Below, one piece after another: positions 14,046 to 26,964 of a stretch of 64,000 nt of DNA. Within the stretch, counting starts at the first letter, position 1. Each line of letters begins with the position of its first letter. The position numbers and the translations under genes were made by a program. The notes beneath the pieces were generated by a model that was not told the origin of the DNA, made no database searches, and worked only from the letters and a program-made list of their open reading frames with translations. The DNA is from Octopus vulgaris (Eukaryota), in NCBI GenBank assembly GCA_951406725.2, contig CATOCA020000001.1:1302001-1366000 (forward strand), written 5' to 3'.

Positions 14046-14249
14046 TGTATATACATATATGCATAAGTGTGTGTGTGTTTATGTTATTGTGTGTGTGTGC
14101 GTGTGTGTGTTCAATAATTAGGGAGTGGCATAGATAAAATCCAAGCTACATAAGCTTCATGTCTAACAGAACCACGGAGGTAGCAACTATCCTAAAATGG
14201 GGTGCAAGATTGTTTATGGAAGACCAGCAGTCACCCATGCATACCGGCC

Positions 14250-17200
14250 TGTTCAAACGCAGAAGGTATCCAACGGTGCAACAGAAATTCAGATTTTGAT
14301 GCAGCAATTGTTGCTGAACTACAAGATATGCTTCATGCAACACACCCTTATGTCTACGAATTCAAGAATGCGTTGCAGATTTTGGAAGCCCAACCTGAGC
14401 TAAAATTGATAATTAAAGCCTAGAGGCGACCTGCTGGTGAGCACCCGCGACGTTTCAATGCTCCAACCACCAACAAGGTTGCAGCAATCATAGTCGGCGA
14501 AGAAAATGGGAAGCGTGATATTGTCTTCCAGCACCGCGATAGCCGTCTGTCCTTTGTTTCGGAAATCCATCGGTCATACGACTGCCTGCAGTACCCCCTA
14601 CTGTTTCCCCTTTGGAGAGGATGGCTACAGCTTTCACCAATGCCATGTTGATCCAATCACGGGTGCTGAATTAACCAATGCTGTTTCCTGCAAGGAATTC
14701 TATGCCTTCCGTCTTATGGTCAGAGAAGGTCAGTTCAACCAACTACTACGGTACAAGGAAGTCACAAATCAATTCTTGGTTGAGATGTTTACCAAGGTTG
14801 AAGGTGAAATGTTTCTTTATAGTCGTCAAAATCAAAAGATCGATATCTTACCTTTCATGTCTAGCTGTATGGTAATGCAAGAAACATTGGCCTTCCGGTG
14901 ATACTTCCTTCCAGCTATACCGGGTCTCCACGGTACATGCATCAGCGGACACAGGATGCCATGGCATATGTCCGTAAATTTGGCGGACCTGACCTCTTCA
15001 TCACATTTACATGCAACTCAACTTGGCGAGAGACAAAGGAAAACTTATTCGAGGGCCAGGCTGCATGCGACAGACACGACTTAGTGGCCAGAGTTTTCCA
15101 TGGAAAATTGCATAAATTAATGTGGCTATTGAAACATGATGCTGTCTACGGAAAACTTTACGCGTGGAAGTACGTTGTAGAATGGCAAAAGCGGGGTCTT
15201 TCACACGCCCATATACTGATTTGGTGCCAAGAAATAATAAGACCTGCGGACATCGATCAGATTATATGTGCAGAGCTGCCTGACCCTAATGTCGACTTGC
15301 AGCTATTCTAAATAGTGTCGGCGCATGTGAAACACGGGCCCTGTGGTGTCTTGAATCCTAATTCTCCATGTATGGAAAAAAATAGATGTTCAAAGCACTA
15401 TCCCAGAGCTTTCAACAGGGTTACATGTACTGGTATTTACGGCTACCCAATTTACTGACGACGTGCCCCTGACTTTGGAGGAATTTCGGCGAAAAAAAAG
15501 GATAAAGGGCAAAGACATTGCCATCAACAACAGTATGGTTGTTCCCTACAGTCCTTTCTCCCATAAAAACTTCAACGCCCACATCAACGTTGAATCTTGT
15601 ACCTCGATTAAACATGTAAACAAGGGCAGCGACATGGCTGTTTTGGGTGAGCAGGATGAAGAGACAGCCAACGATGAAATCCTTCAATACGTTATGGGCA
15701 GGTATATTTCGTGCAATATGGCGGCATGGCGCAATCTAGGTTTTGATATTCACCATTCCTCTGCAGCTGTTTTTGGCCTAGATGTACACTTAGAAAATAG
15801 GCAACGTGTTTACTTCACTGAGGACACCGCCGCAAATGTACTCAAACAGCCACCGGAAACAACGCTTACAGGATTCTTTAAGTCGTGTACTTCCGATTCT
15901 TTGCGCAAACTCTACTTTATGACGATGTACCGTCCTACATCACTTGGACTAACAAAAAATGTCAAAGGCGGCGGCAGGGCGTGCGAATCGACAATGAGGT
16001 CGGTTAGGTAATCTACAAAGGAAACATGATCGGTCGTGTCCACATTCTACACCCAAAGGATCAGGAGTGCTTTCTTGTGGATGATTCTGTTTCATATGAA
16101 AGGCCCAACATCATTTGCCCACGTCAGATCATTCGAAGGACAAATGTGTTGCACTTACAGGGAAGCTTGCTTGCGACGGGGACTACTCGAGGATGAGGGT
16201 CTCTGGAACACGGCATTGCAAGAGGCCTCTGAATGCAAGACACCAGAAGTTATGCGCCGAATATTTTGTCTCATCTATTCAGTAATGTGTCTAACCCTCT
16301 TCATTTCTGGGACACATTTAAAGATAGATTTTTCCGAAGACCATCTCCGACGACCTCAAGCCGAAGATCCAACGGCTGGATTCGACTTCAATAATGTCAC
16401 CTACAACACAGCACTCCTCGATTTGCAATCGCAACTGTAAGTTATGGGAGGAGTTGGCGTCCTCAGATTTCAGTCTGCCGTCTCCGCGGGACATTCCAAA
16501 TGCTTTAGCTGCTGAGTATATGCGAGAGTTGAGCTACAACACGCGGGAAATGGTGGCGCAGGTTACTCAGGATGAGCCTAGACTTTTGGAAGTACAGAGA
16601 ATTGAATACGATAGGTTCCTCACCAGTGGTAATTCCAACGAAGGACAACTTTATTTCTTGGATGCTCCCGGCAGAACCGCCAAAATTCTCCAGGAAAATG
16701 GGATTGCCATAGCGGTTGCATCCAACAGCATCGCAGAAACTCTACTGCAAGGCGGTCGTACGGCACACTCTGCATTCAAATTACCACTAGACTTGACGAA
16801 ACAGAGAAATCCAACTTGCAATGTTAGTCGTGGCTCAGCCATGGGGAATCTTCTCACTGAGTGCAGCCTTATCATTTGGGATGAGGCAGCCATTTGTCAT
16901 AAGGCAGCATTCGAGGCGCTCGAGCGGTTTCTTCAAGACCTGAGACGCAATATGAGAGTGATGGGTGGAGTGATTGTTCTGCTTGCTGGCAACTTCCGAC
17001 AAACTCTACCTGTCATTCCACGGGGGACACGAGCTGACGAGGTAAATGCTTCCAAAAAATCATCCTAGTTATGGCACCACAGAGAGAAAATTCGCCTGAC
17101 TACGAACATGAGAGTTCACATGTTTGGCGACGAAAATGCGGCCACATTCTCGGTGCAGCTTCTCGATGTTAGTAATGGAACTGTAGCAGGCCATAGTGAT

Positions 17201-18647
17201 GGTTTCATCCATTTACCATTTGGTAACTTCGTACCTACCATAGATAATTTGATTTCTGCAGTTTTTCTTGACATTGCAAGCCAAAGCCTTCACAAAACTT
17301 GCCTACAAGGAATAGCAATTTTGGCGCCTCACAATAAAACAGTCGACGCTATTAATAAGAAACTTTTTGATCTGCTTCCTGGAGAAAAACTCTCCTTCAA
17401 GTCCATTGGCACGTATGAAAACCCGGAGGATATGACCATTTTCACAACAGAATTTCTTAATTCCCAAACGCCCCCAGAACTTCCGCCTCAACGAACTCCA
17501 TCTCAAGGATGTCGCGCCCATCATGCTGCTGCGGAATTTGGATGCTCCAATGTGTAACGGCACCCGGATGAGAATAAAAAATATATACTCCCGAGTTCTG
17601 CAGGAAACAATCTTGAATGGACCAGCCAATGTTCACGATGTTCTTATAACCCCAATGTCCCTCACTCCCTCCGATACGATCTACAAATTTAAGCGGCTGC
17701 AATTTCCTATCAAACTCTCCTTTGCAATGACATTAATCCCTATTTTTGTAAGCAGTTGTATCCATAAAAGTTTTCTTTGCAGAGAGCAGAAAGTGAAAGA
17801 TATGTGAAATGGACATGTGTGTGTGTGTGTGTGTGTGTGCGTACTTACGGATGTGTATGTGAGAGAGAAAAAGGGTGAGAAAGAGAGATAGTGTGAGTGA
17901 GTGAAGGCACAGGGTCAATCATTGCAAATGGTTGGTTTAAATCTCACAGAGCAAGTGTTCTCCCACGGTCAACTCTTCCTTGGATGCTCCCATGTTGGCA
18001 GCACACAAAGTCTAGACATTTGTACATCAGAAGGGAAAACGAGAAATGTGGCCTACAAGGAAGCGCTCCTCTGAAAAGATGGCATTTCTTCACATCTTTC
18101 AAATCACCCCAGGCATGTGCCGCCTCAAGAGCTTCGTAGTCGCCGTGCCAGCCAATGTAACTCAATGACACACACCTTTACTCACTCACACTATCTCTCT
18201 TTCTCACCCTCTTTCTCTCTCACATAGAAATGCCCAAGTATGCACACACACACACACACACACATGTCCATTTCACAAATCTTTCAATTTCTGCTCTCTG
18301 AAAAGAAACTTTTTATGGATACAACTGCTTACAAAAATAGGGATTAATGTATAATTTCTTTCTATCTTCATAATTAAATAAATGTTTTAATGATTAGACA
18401 GTGGTCCAATGCAATAGCTCTCAGAAACAGACTACGTACGAATTCTTTCTTCACAACTTCTGAAGCTGTTTTCTGACAGCGGGAGGGGTGGTGATTGAAA
18501 GAAATTTTCATATAGCTGGAGGCTCCAATTGAAACAGGGTACCCGAAATGATAAGGTTGAGAAACGCTGTTATAGATTATGCCTAACCGAAAACGATCAC
18601 ACCCACATCATCAAAACAAACCGGGTGAAACCAGGCTTAGGTGCTAA
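14250..18647 (+). mobile_element. Decayed autonomous Helitron (Rep + PIF1 helicase), copy 1
   Basis: YDCLQYPLLFP, ILPSSYTGSPRYM, DLFITFTCN, VEWQKRGLSHAH, AHINVESC, LIIWDEA, GNFRQTLPV, LLRNLD..CNGTR, QFPIKLSFAMT, KAQGQ..FSHGQL..YKEALL* (stop 18072-18074). 3' hairpin CCGGGTGAAACCAGG + CTAA|T at 18621-18648. Walker A is deleted. Confidence 0.93.
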
Positions 18648-18871
18648 TATACCTATATTTACATATGTATGTATATGCAAACATCCTGTTAACAAAGGTC
18701 GGGATGCGTGACGTTCAGTTATTCCATAAATGTAAAATGTATTAAATACTACAAAACATACAAAAGAAACTTGCCCAAGGTGCCATGCAGTGGGGCTTAA
18801 CCTGGATCGATGTGGTTCGGTGGCATACTTCTTAGCGCACATCTACTCCTGCACCTACACACACACGCACT

Positions 18872-18933
<62 letters not shown>

Positions 18934-18936
<3 letters not shown>

Positions 18937-20510
18937 TGGCGGCCAAAATTTTCAGAACGGCATTGTTTTCGTCAGAAAAGTAGATATAATTTTTTATCAA
19001 AGTTGTTTTATATTCTATAATTTTCACAGACAATAAATACGATATTATTTTTGTTATTGCCTGAGATTTTAGTGTAATTTGAGAGGATAATACAAAAGTT
19101 ATGTATGATTTAGTTATTTACTGCAAAACCCATAGAGGCCAAAATTATGAGAACGGTTGTTTTAGTATATTTAACCGGCGACCTCTAATGTTTTGAATTT
19201 GCTTACGTGATGGTTCGTTTACTAAAAATTAGTAAGAATATTTGCAGTTTACTTTGTTAATATAATGCCACTTACTCCGTTACCAATTCGTCAGCAGATT
19301 ATTAAGCTTCGAAGGAAGGATAATTTAAGTATTGGATCTATTGCAAAGATTGTTAACAAGTCAAAATGTGTTGTACACAGTATTCTTAAGGTCTACGATG
19401 ATTGTGGTTCGTGTGAAGCAAGAAGGTTTACAGGGAGGTCAAGAAAAACGACCAAGAGAGAAGATCGTGCTATGGTAAAGTTGGTTAAAAAGGACAGATT
19501 TAAAACTGCTGCTGCTGTTTCTCGGAAAATGAGCATTGTACTGAAGAAAACTTTATCTCGAAAAACTGTGTCTCGTCGTTTAGTTGAACAAGCAAGAGCA
19601 CCTGCAGTGAAGCCACTGATCAGCTCCAAGAATAAAAAGTGTCGTCTTAACTTTGCAACCGAACATGTGTTGTGGTCTCAAGAAAAATGGCAAACGGTGC
19701 ATTTCCGTGATGAATCTAAGTTTATGTTATTTGGCTTAGATGGGAAAAGGTACGTTCGTAGAAATGTAGGTGAAAAATTGTCGCCTAAATGCCTTAAGAC
19801 TAGTGTTAAATTCGGTGGAGGAAGTGTCATGGTTTGGGGGATGATATCTGGAGATGGTGTGGGCCCTTTGGTGCGATTACATGGAAAGGTAAATGCAGGA
19901 GTTTATAAACAATTTGTAAAAGATCATGTCTTGCCTGTGCTGAGAAATTCAACTAAGCGACCACCCATATTCATGCAGGACAATGCCCCATGTCACAAGG
20001 CTAAGGTGGTCATGAACTTCCTCAAGGCTGGGAAGGTTATTGTTATGGATTGGCCTGCTCAAAGCCCAGATCTCAATCCTATTGAAAACGTATGGAATAT
20101 TCTAGAAGAACCTTCGAAAGCCAGAAATCCTAAAACAACTGAGCAAATATGGAATGCCCTTCAGGAAGAATGGAATAAGATCACCCAGCAAGAAATTGAA
20201 AATTTAATTTCCTCATGCAGTCGAAGATGTCAGAGTGTGATTTAAGCTAAAGGGCTTCACACTAAATATTAAATAATTCCAGTATTCTGTCATTTTTGAT
20301 TATTTTGTTATTTTTTCAACCGTTCTGATCCTTTTGGCCGCCATGGGTTTTGCAGTAAATCACTAAATCATCCATAACTTTTGTATTATCCTCTCAAATT
20401 ACACCGAAATAACAATTAATATTGCATTTATTGTCTGTGAAAATTATAGAATATAAAACTTATACTTACTTTTCTGACGAAAACAATGCCGTTCTGAAAA
20501 TTTTGGCAGC

Positions 20511-20515
<5 letters not shown>
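18934..20515 (+). mobile_element. Tc1 transposon with long IR/DR-type terminal inverted repeats
   Basis: TA|CAGTGGCGGCCAAAATTTTCAGAACGG at left matches ..CCGTTCTGAAAATTTTGGCAGCAACTA at right. TIRs ~200-225 bp, with an inner repeat GGCCAAAATTATGAGAACGG. Confidence 0.95.
19265..20245 (+). CDS. Tc1 DD34E transposase, near-intact (premature stop 8 codons early)
   Basis: FRDES, VKFGGGSVMVWG, QDNAPCH, WPAQSPDLNPIE with 34 residues between D and E; AKGLHTKY* continues after the TAA. Confidence 0.93.
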   Translation: MPLTPLPIRQQIIKLRRKDNLSIGSIAKIVNKSKCVVHSILKVYDDCGSCEARRFTGRSRKTTKREDRAMVKLVKKDRFKTAAAVSRKMSIVLKKTLSRKTVSRRLVEQARAPAVKPLISSKNKKCRLNFATEHVLWSQEKWQTVHFRDESKFMLFGLDGKRYVRRNVGEKLSPKCLKTSVKFGGGSVMVWGMISGDGVGPLVRLHGKVNAGVYKQFVKDHVLPVLRNSTKRPPIFMQDNAPCHKAKVVMNFLKAGKVIVMDWPAQSPDLNPIENVWNILEEPSKARNPKTTEQIWNALQEEWNKITQQEIENLISSCSRRCQSVI

Positions 20516-20548
<33 letters not shown>

Positions 20549-20610
20549 TGTATATATAATACAGTCTACATCTTAGTTATTTCGCTGTTCACCACCAGAA
20601 AGTAAACATT

Positions 20611-20714
20611 GCCACTGATGATATCCGGACATATAATGCGGGGTTATTTTACATCTATCATCACTGAAACGGTGATGATCGAAACCTAACACCACGATTG
20701 AAACAATTGTAGGA
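20611..20714 (+). ncRNA. Hammerhead-like motif with long stem II
   Basis: CTGATGA at 20615-20621; GAAA-CAATTG-TA at 20700-20711; internal hairpin ATCATCAC/GTGATGAT. Stems I and II pair poorly. Confidence 0.45.
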
Positions 20715-20849
20715 TTGCTTTATGTTTATGTCATTTGTTGATTCGGTTCCTTTACATCTTAAGTATTGTACGTATTACTTTTTTCATCGAGATAAAAAAA
20801 AATAGCCAAGTATCCTCTATTTCCTTTTATTAACTATATATACACACAT

Positions 20850-20879
<30 letters not shown>

Positions 20880-20881
<2 letters not shown>

Positions 20882-21169
20882 CACGTGACCGACCAGACAA
20901 TCAGATGTTGCTACACATCGCTGGTCACAATGCGCTTCGCATTGTTTTAGCCGTCGATAAACGCCACCTCGCTGGCTAAGCGAGAAGGCCAACAGAAGAA
21001 ACAGTGAGAGAAACTTGTGGTGAAAGAGTACAGCAGGGATCGCCACCACCTGCCGGAGCCTCGTGGAGCTTTTAGGTGTTTTCGCTCAATAAACACTCAC
21101 AACGCCCGGTCTGGGAATCGAAACCGCGATCCTACGACCGCGAGTCCACTGCCCTAACCACTGGGCCAT
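20880..21169 (-). mobile_element. tRNA-derived SINE
   Basis: Minus-strand head TGGCCCAGTGGTTAGGGC...GGTTTCGATTCCC (A and B boxes). Confidence 0.85.
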
Positions 21170-21689
21170 ATATATATATATAATTAGGTAGATACATGAT
21201 TAAAAAATCGGATTCATTATGAAAGAATTCATCAATATACCAAATTTCAAAATCTGTGAGAGAAACAAAGTAGATTTCTCTCTCTCTCTCTCTCTCTCTC
21301 GGCCCATATCTTTCATTTCCTCAACGCAAAATTTTCCACTCTATGAATTTATCGCTTAGTTTGAGTGTGTGTGTTTGTGTTCGTCAGTGTGTGTGTATGC
21401 ATGTGTGTGAGGCATTTCATTAAGGAGACACGGTAATGTAAAAAGTGTATGCAATATAATAGGTTTTAATAGCATACATTTCCGTCACTAAATATGATTT
21501 TTTTTCCACACACACACGCACGCGCGCACACACACAAACCCACACACAAGAAAGCATTACAAACACACGCACACACATGCACACACAGACATATATGTAT
21601 GTAACTATAGGTTTGTGTTTATGTGTAATTTGATGTGTATAATGTATTAATACATACATGCCTATATACATGCATATATATATATTTTT

Positions 21690-21831
21690 TCTCTTTTTCT
21701 CTTTTACTTGTTTCAGTCATTTGACTGCGGCCATGCTGGAGCACCGCCTTTAGTCGAGCAAATCGACCCCGGGACTTATTCTTTGTAAGCCCAGTACTTA
21801 TTCTATCGGCCTCTTTTGCCGAACCGCTAAG

Positions 21832-21833
<2 letters not shown>
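21690..21833 (-). mobile_element. SINE 3' fragment
   Basis: Nearly identical to the 3' part of the SINE at 21871-22233. Confidence 0.8.
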
Positions 21834-21870
<37 letters not shown>

Positions 21871-21871
<1 letters not shown>

Positions 21872-22233
21872 TCTCTCTTTTACTCTTTTACTTGTTTCAG
21901 TCATTTGACTGCGGCCATGCTGGAGCACCACCTTTAGTACTTATTCTATCAGTCTCTTTTTGCCGAACCGCTAAGTGACGGGGACCTAAACACACCAGCA
22001 TCGGTTGTCAAGCAATGCTAGGGGGACAAACACAAACACACACACATATACATATATATATACATATATACGACAGGATTCTTTCAGTTTCCGTCTACCA
22101 AATCCACTCACAAGGCATTGGTCGGCCCGGGGCTATAGCAGAAGACACTTGCCCAAGATGCCACGCAGTGGGACTGAACCCGCAACCGTGTGGTTGGTTA
22201 GCAAGCTACTTACCACACAGCCACTCCTGCGCC
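21871..22233 (-). mobile_element. Full-length tRNA-derived SINE (CORE-like)
   Basis: Head GGCGCAGGAGTGGCTGTGTGGTAAG..GGTTCAGTCCC, CORE-like GTGGCATCTTGGGCAAGT, internal (TG)n, and tail GGTGCTCCAGCATGGCCGCAGTCAAATGACTGAAAC. Confidence 0.88.
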
Positions 22234-22741
22234 TATATATATATATATATATATCACATATATTTAGCCACTGTAAAGTGATCATAGGCAATATTTTTTG
22301 CTTCTTATACAGCTTCTTTCACGAACAGAGATCTTCTAAAATTTTAGTTTCCTAGTCATACAATCAGTGACAGTATTCTCTATGTATTGCAATCGAAGTA
22401 AACTCCTGACATGCCTGGCCACGACTACCCACCTCCGAGGACATCAAATACAGATCGAGACCTGTGGGGTAGAGTCTTGACGCTAGGGAAGCAGTTGTTA
22501 TGTCCCGATTGCACTAAATATCGAGTGTGAGAAGCGAACTGAATAAACCAACTGATGTGTTCCTCTGGTTAAATGGCAGCGTTGTCGTCTCGTAGACGAC
22601 ATATAGATAGATAAATAGAGAGAGAGAGGGGGAGAGAGAGAGAGATAATATAGATATATATTTACATATATATATAAATACACAACTACAAGCAGATATA
22701 TGTATATGAGATAGATGTATGCATGTATGAATATTTATTTA

Positions 22742-22798
<57 letters not shown>

Positions 22799-22816
22799 CA
22801 TATATATATATGCATG

Positions 22817-23365
22817 TACGAGGTCGTTTCAAATTTCACGAACGAGTTCTATAGCGCGCCAAGAGATGGCTGCATACGATTGTATGCGCGGTTGTCGCTA
22901 GCAGTGACGATCATGAGGCAGCCTGCTGAGTGACATCGCTCTATATACTTCGCAAGATGTGGAATTTGCAATTTTGTGATACTGTAATCTGCGATTTCTG
23001 TCATGAACAGGAAATAGGAAGAAATGAAGAAAGTGTAATTTTGCGTTAAAATTTGGAAGTCTGCTACAGAGAGATTGAGCATGCTTTGGCAAACTTATAG
23101 CGGCGAGATAGGGGATTGTACTTAATGTTTCGAGTGCACGGGCCAGATTTACCACCAGCTGAATTGCATCTGTCCCTCAAGATGAAATCCAGCTCAGAGG
23201 TCGAGATCAAGAGCGAATTTAACACCGTCGTCGAGATCAAAATGTCCTCGACTCGCCTATGGAAATCTACGTCCAGGCCGGATTCCAAAAGTGTCAGAAA
23301 AGCTGGGTTTATTGCTCAGATAACGTAAGTTACTTTTATCAAACATAGCTCGTTCAGGAACTTTA
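22817..23365 (+). mobile_element. Internally deleted mariner relic
   Basis: TA|CGAGGTCGTTTCAAA start; FCVKIWKSATE (HTH) joined to PDLPPAELHLSLKMK..FNTVVEI (mariner C-terminus). Confidence 0.65.
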
Positions 23366-23770
23366 TATATACGGCGGGTTTCCTTCAGTTACCGTGTACC
23401 CAATTAATTAACATACACGGGTTTGTTCGGTTGGAGACCAGATTACACGCAGAAGGACTGAATACAGAAGCAAAATTCTTATCACACAGCCATGCCAACG
23501 CCTACGCGTATAAACACACACACACACACACACGTACACACACACAATACACACACACATATATGACGGAAATGGAAAATGGATTTTACGAGATTCGTTA
23601 ATCACTACTGCCGTTTCAACCCGTCTTCAATCGGCCCCTCACGGATGAGATAATGGTCGAGTGGCCGCGGTGCATCTTTCTTTGCAGATGTTTCTCATCA
23701 GTTGACATTTCAAAAAGTTATCTGCTAAATAAACTCAGCTTCACTTGGTTCGATTATAATGTATTTCGTT

Positions 23771-23774
<4 letters not shown>

Positions 23775-23818
<44 letters not shown>

Positions 23819-23939
23819 TAATAATAATAATAATGATAATAATAATAATAATTGTAATAAAGGAGAAGAAGAAGTAGAAGAGCAAAAGAAGAAGAAAAAG
23901 AAGAAGAAGAAGAAGAAGAAGAAGAAGAAGAAGAAGAAG

Positions 23940-23972
<33 letters not shown>

Positions 23973-23975
23973 AAC
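23775..23975. repeat. Compound (AAT)n-(GAA)n-(CAA)n microsatellite
   Basis: Direct reading; paralogue of the tracts flanking the Dong-like element. Confidence 0.95.
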
Positions 23976-24619
23976 AACGAAGAAATCGGTGATGAAGCAA
24001 AAGTAATATAAGTTGGAAGAATACAGACAAGATGGACAAGCAAAACAATAACAAGAAAATTTCGGAATGAGGATAGAAATGATAATAAAAATATATCAAC
24101 ATAATTTTAGCAACTTACATTTTTTCTAAACTTAGAAGATTTTGAAAGGATCCTTGTGGGATGGTTCTGATCTGATTCCTATTGAGATTTCTGAAAAATA
24201 AAGCACAGTTCAAAAGAAAGAGAATTAAAAAGATTTCTTATAAAATATTAAATCTTGTATCTTTAGAATCTAATAAATAAAAAGAGGACGATGATGAAGA
24301 AAATGGCCGCGATGAATTTGATGATGATGATGAGGAGGATTGCGATGTTGATTGTAAATGTTGTAATAATGACGGTGAGAAGGAAAAATGATGATGATTA
24401 TTATCGAAAACGATGACAAACGCTACCGATTAATTGGTGATGACGACGTTGATTATTATGATGTTCATAACGAAGGTGATGATGATTCTGCATGCTAGAA
24501 ATAGCAGAGTAAATGGTGGAAGGAAATAGTTATGATGACATGATAAATCATAACGATTAGTGAATATGAAAATATGATTAGCAGAAGGACTATGAAAATG
24601 ATAGCGCTGAAGATGATAC

Positions 24620-24644
24620 TGATGATGATGATGATGATGATGAC

Positions 24645-24724
<80 letters not shown>

Positions 24725-24940
24725 CGATGATGATGACGATGATGATGATAATGATGATGACGATGAAAGTTGTGATGAAAAAGTAAAAATTGATAAGATT
24801 AACGAAAAAGGTGAAGGAAAATAAATCATAGAACGAATAAATATAGAGAAGTAGTAGAAGAAGAAGAAGAAGAAAAAGAAGAAGAAGAAGAAGAAGAAGA
24901 AGAAGAAGAAGAAGAAGAAGAAGAAGAAGAAGAAGAAGAA
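24620..24940. repeat. (GAT)n and (GAA)n microsatellites
   Basis: Direct reading; paralogous tracts at 62720-63050. Confidence 0.95.
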
Positions 24941-25185
24941 GCGAAAATGATTCATGAAAAGAGGAGAAAGAAGTTGAAAAACTTAAAAGCAGAAGAACCA
25001 GAAAATGATGAACAAGATGAATGTAGAGAAAAAGTTGTGAAGAAGACGATAAATGCAGGAAAAGAAGATATATTAAGACAAGAAAAATGACGTGGAATAT
25101 CAGAATGGGGAAACAAGTGGGAATAAAAGAATATTAATACAAATACTGTACTCACACATCAAACAAACGCAAACATATATATATA

Positions 25186-25287
<102 letters not shown>

Positions 25288-25448
25288 CGTATGTATATAT
25301 ATATATATGTATGTATATATATATGTATATATATATATATATGTATGTATATATATATATGTATGTATGTATGTATATAATTATATATAAACACGCTTAT
25401 GCATTTGATTTGCAAGAATTTTTATGTGAAATCGTGTGTTGAAACATA

Positions 25449-25907
25449 TATTTGTTGTATTTAGGAATGGTCATTTTGTCAGTTTAGCCAATAAAAACAC
25501 ACGCAGTATGTATTTGGTGTTACTTTGCTTCAGCGTTATTTAATTTTACATTAATCTTATTTCGACCAAAGTTCCTTCGTCACACTCCTGTGACCTCATC
25601 AGTGGTCCTCTGCTTTCTTCTTTCATATTTGTGTGTCTCTCCTTACTAACGGTCAGCCATTTTGTATTTTGTATTCCTACTGTATGTGTCTTCATTTGCG
25701 CATGGGTATACCTCTATATGGGTCTATGTGTGTGTGGGGGGAGTGCCTGTAATATTTGTATCTCCTGTTTATATACGTTCGAAAGAACTCTAGCCGAAAT
25801 AAGATTAAGCTTAATGTAAAAAATAAATAACGCTGAGGCATAATAACACCAAATACATAGTGCGTGTGTTTTTATTGGCTAAACTAGCAAAATAGCCATT
25901 CCTAAAT

Positions 25908-25920
<13 letters not shown>
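25449..25920. mobile_element. Non-coding element with ~130-bp inverted repeats (probable PLE-type remnant)
   Basis: 25449-25580 is an imperfect reverse complement of 25779-25920; an atypical hammerhead-like motif lies at 25564-25607 (-). Confidence 0.55.
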
Positions 25921-25968
<48 letters not shown>

Positions 25969-26199
25969 CAATTAAGAAATATACACTATAATTAAAATAT
26001 ATATATTTCAATTAAAATAAAGTTGGACACAGTAAATTCCATCTCTACAAGAGCCCGTTTGATGTTGTTACTGCTTCTCATACATGCCGCCGTTGATTGT
26101 GCATCTTACGGCGAGATAGAAATTCGCAATTTACGGTTATTTGATCCTTTTTCCAAAGCTGTGCTTATGAAATAAGTAAATTACAAAATTTGACTGAAC

Positions 26200-26964
26200 A
26201 ATGAAGATTAGAAGCTACTCGCGAGAGGGTTAGCAACTATAGGCAGCGAATAAGAGAAGAACAGCGGTAAGAAACCAGAGAAAGGGACAAATGGTACCAA
26301 CAGATGAGGCGATCTGCAATAGATGAAGAGCAACTCAAGGCACCATTGTAGTGAGAGAGAATGCGAGACCAAGGTAGAAGACAGGATGCGGAAGAACAAA
26401 CACAGTACAAGGAACAACAAAGATTGATATTTCAGCGGAGAATGGAAATCATGAATGATATGCAGCGTCCGCAGAATCAGGACCAACAGAAAAGCGTAAT
26501 GTAACAGAGAAGGGAGAATATGGATGATTTGGAAAGGGCTGCTTGTCTCCAAGGTCAAACAGAGAGAGACATCAAGATGGAGTTGCAAGTATGAATGCTG
26601 AACAGGCGTTACGTTTGCGAGATGAACTGGTGCAACGAAAGCGTGAAGGAAGACATGGACTACCACTGAACAGACACAATAATCCTAAACGAACCTATCG
26701 TATTGGTGATATGTACTTATATTGCGAGTATTGTGGAGCACTGAACTTTAAATATGAAAACTTCATGTTCTGTCACAATAATAAAGTGAATTTTCCACCA
26801 CTGCAACTAAATCCTCAGACATTGAAGCGTTTGTCTGAGAAAATTACCAAGAGTCTGCTTCATTTCGAAATAAACATCAGCAATTACAACTGCATATCTT
26901 CCTTTACGTCATTTGGTGTGAAACTCTCTGTGCCGCAAGGAAGAGGTCTACATTGTTTCTGTAT
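26200..26964 (+). mobile_element. Helitron 5' coding relic (Zn-finger region), interrupted by Gypsy
   Basis: IGDM...CEYCGALNFKYE..FCHNNKVNFPPL, NISNYN...SFTSFG, GRGLHCF(R)I. Confidence 0.8.

Noticed and set aside
17731-18349. Apparent MITE with ~180-bp TIRs
   Set aside because: The interior is the in-register Helitron helicase C-terminus, so the left arm is a templated inverted insertion.
21110-21169. tRNA gene candidates (also 12350-12413 and 22165-22233)
   Set aside because: The A/B boxes are SINE heads attached to SINE bodies; no complete cloverleaf.
23741-24955. Poly-M/S/F/Y/L ORFs as a host low-complexity protein (also 61253-63065)
   Set aside because: Trinucleotide microsatellites with stops in all frames and no splice or domain support.
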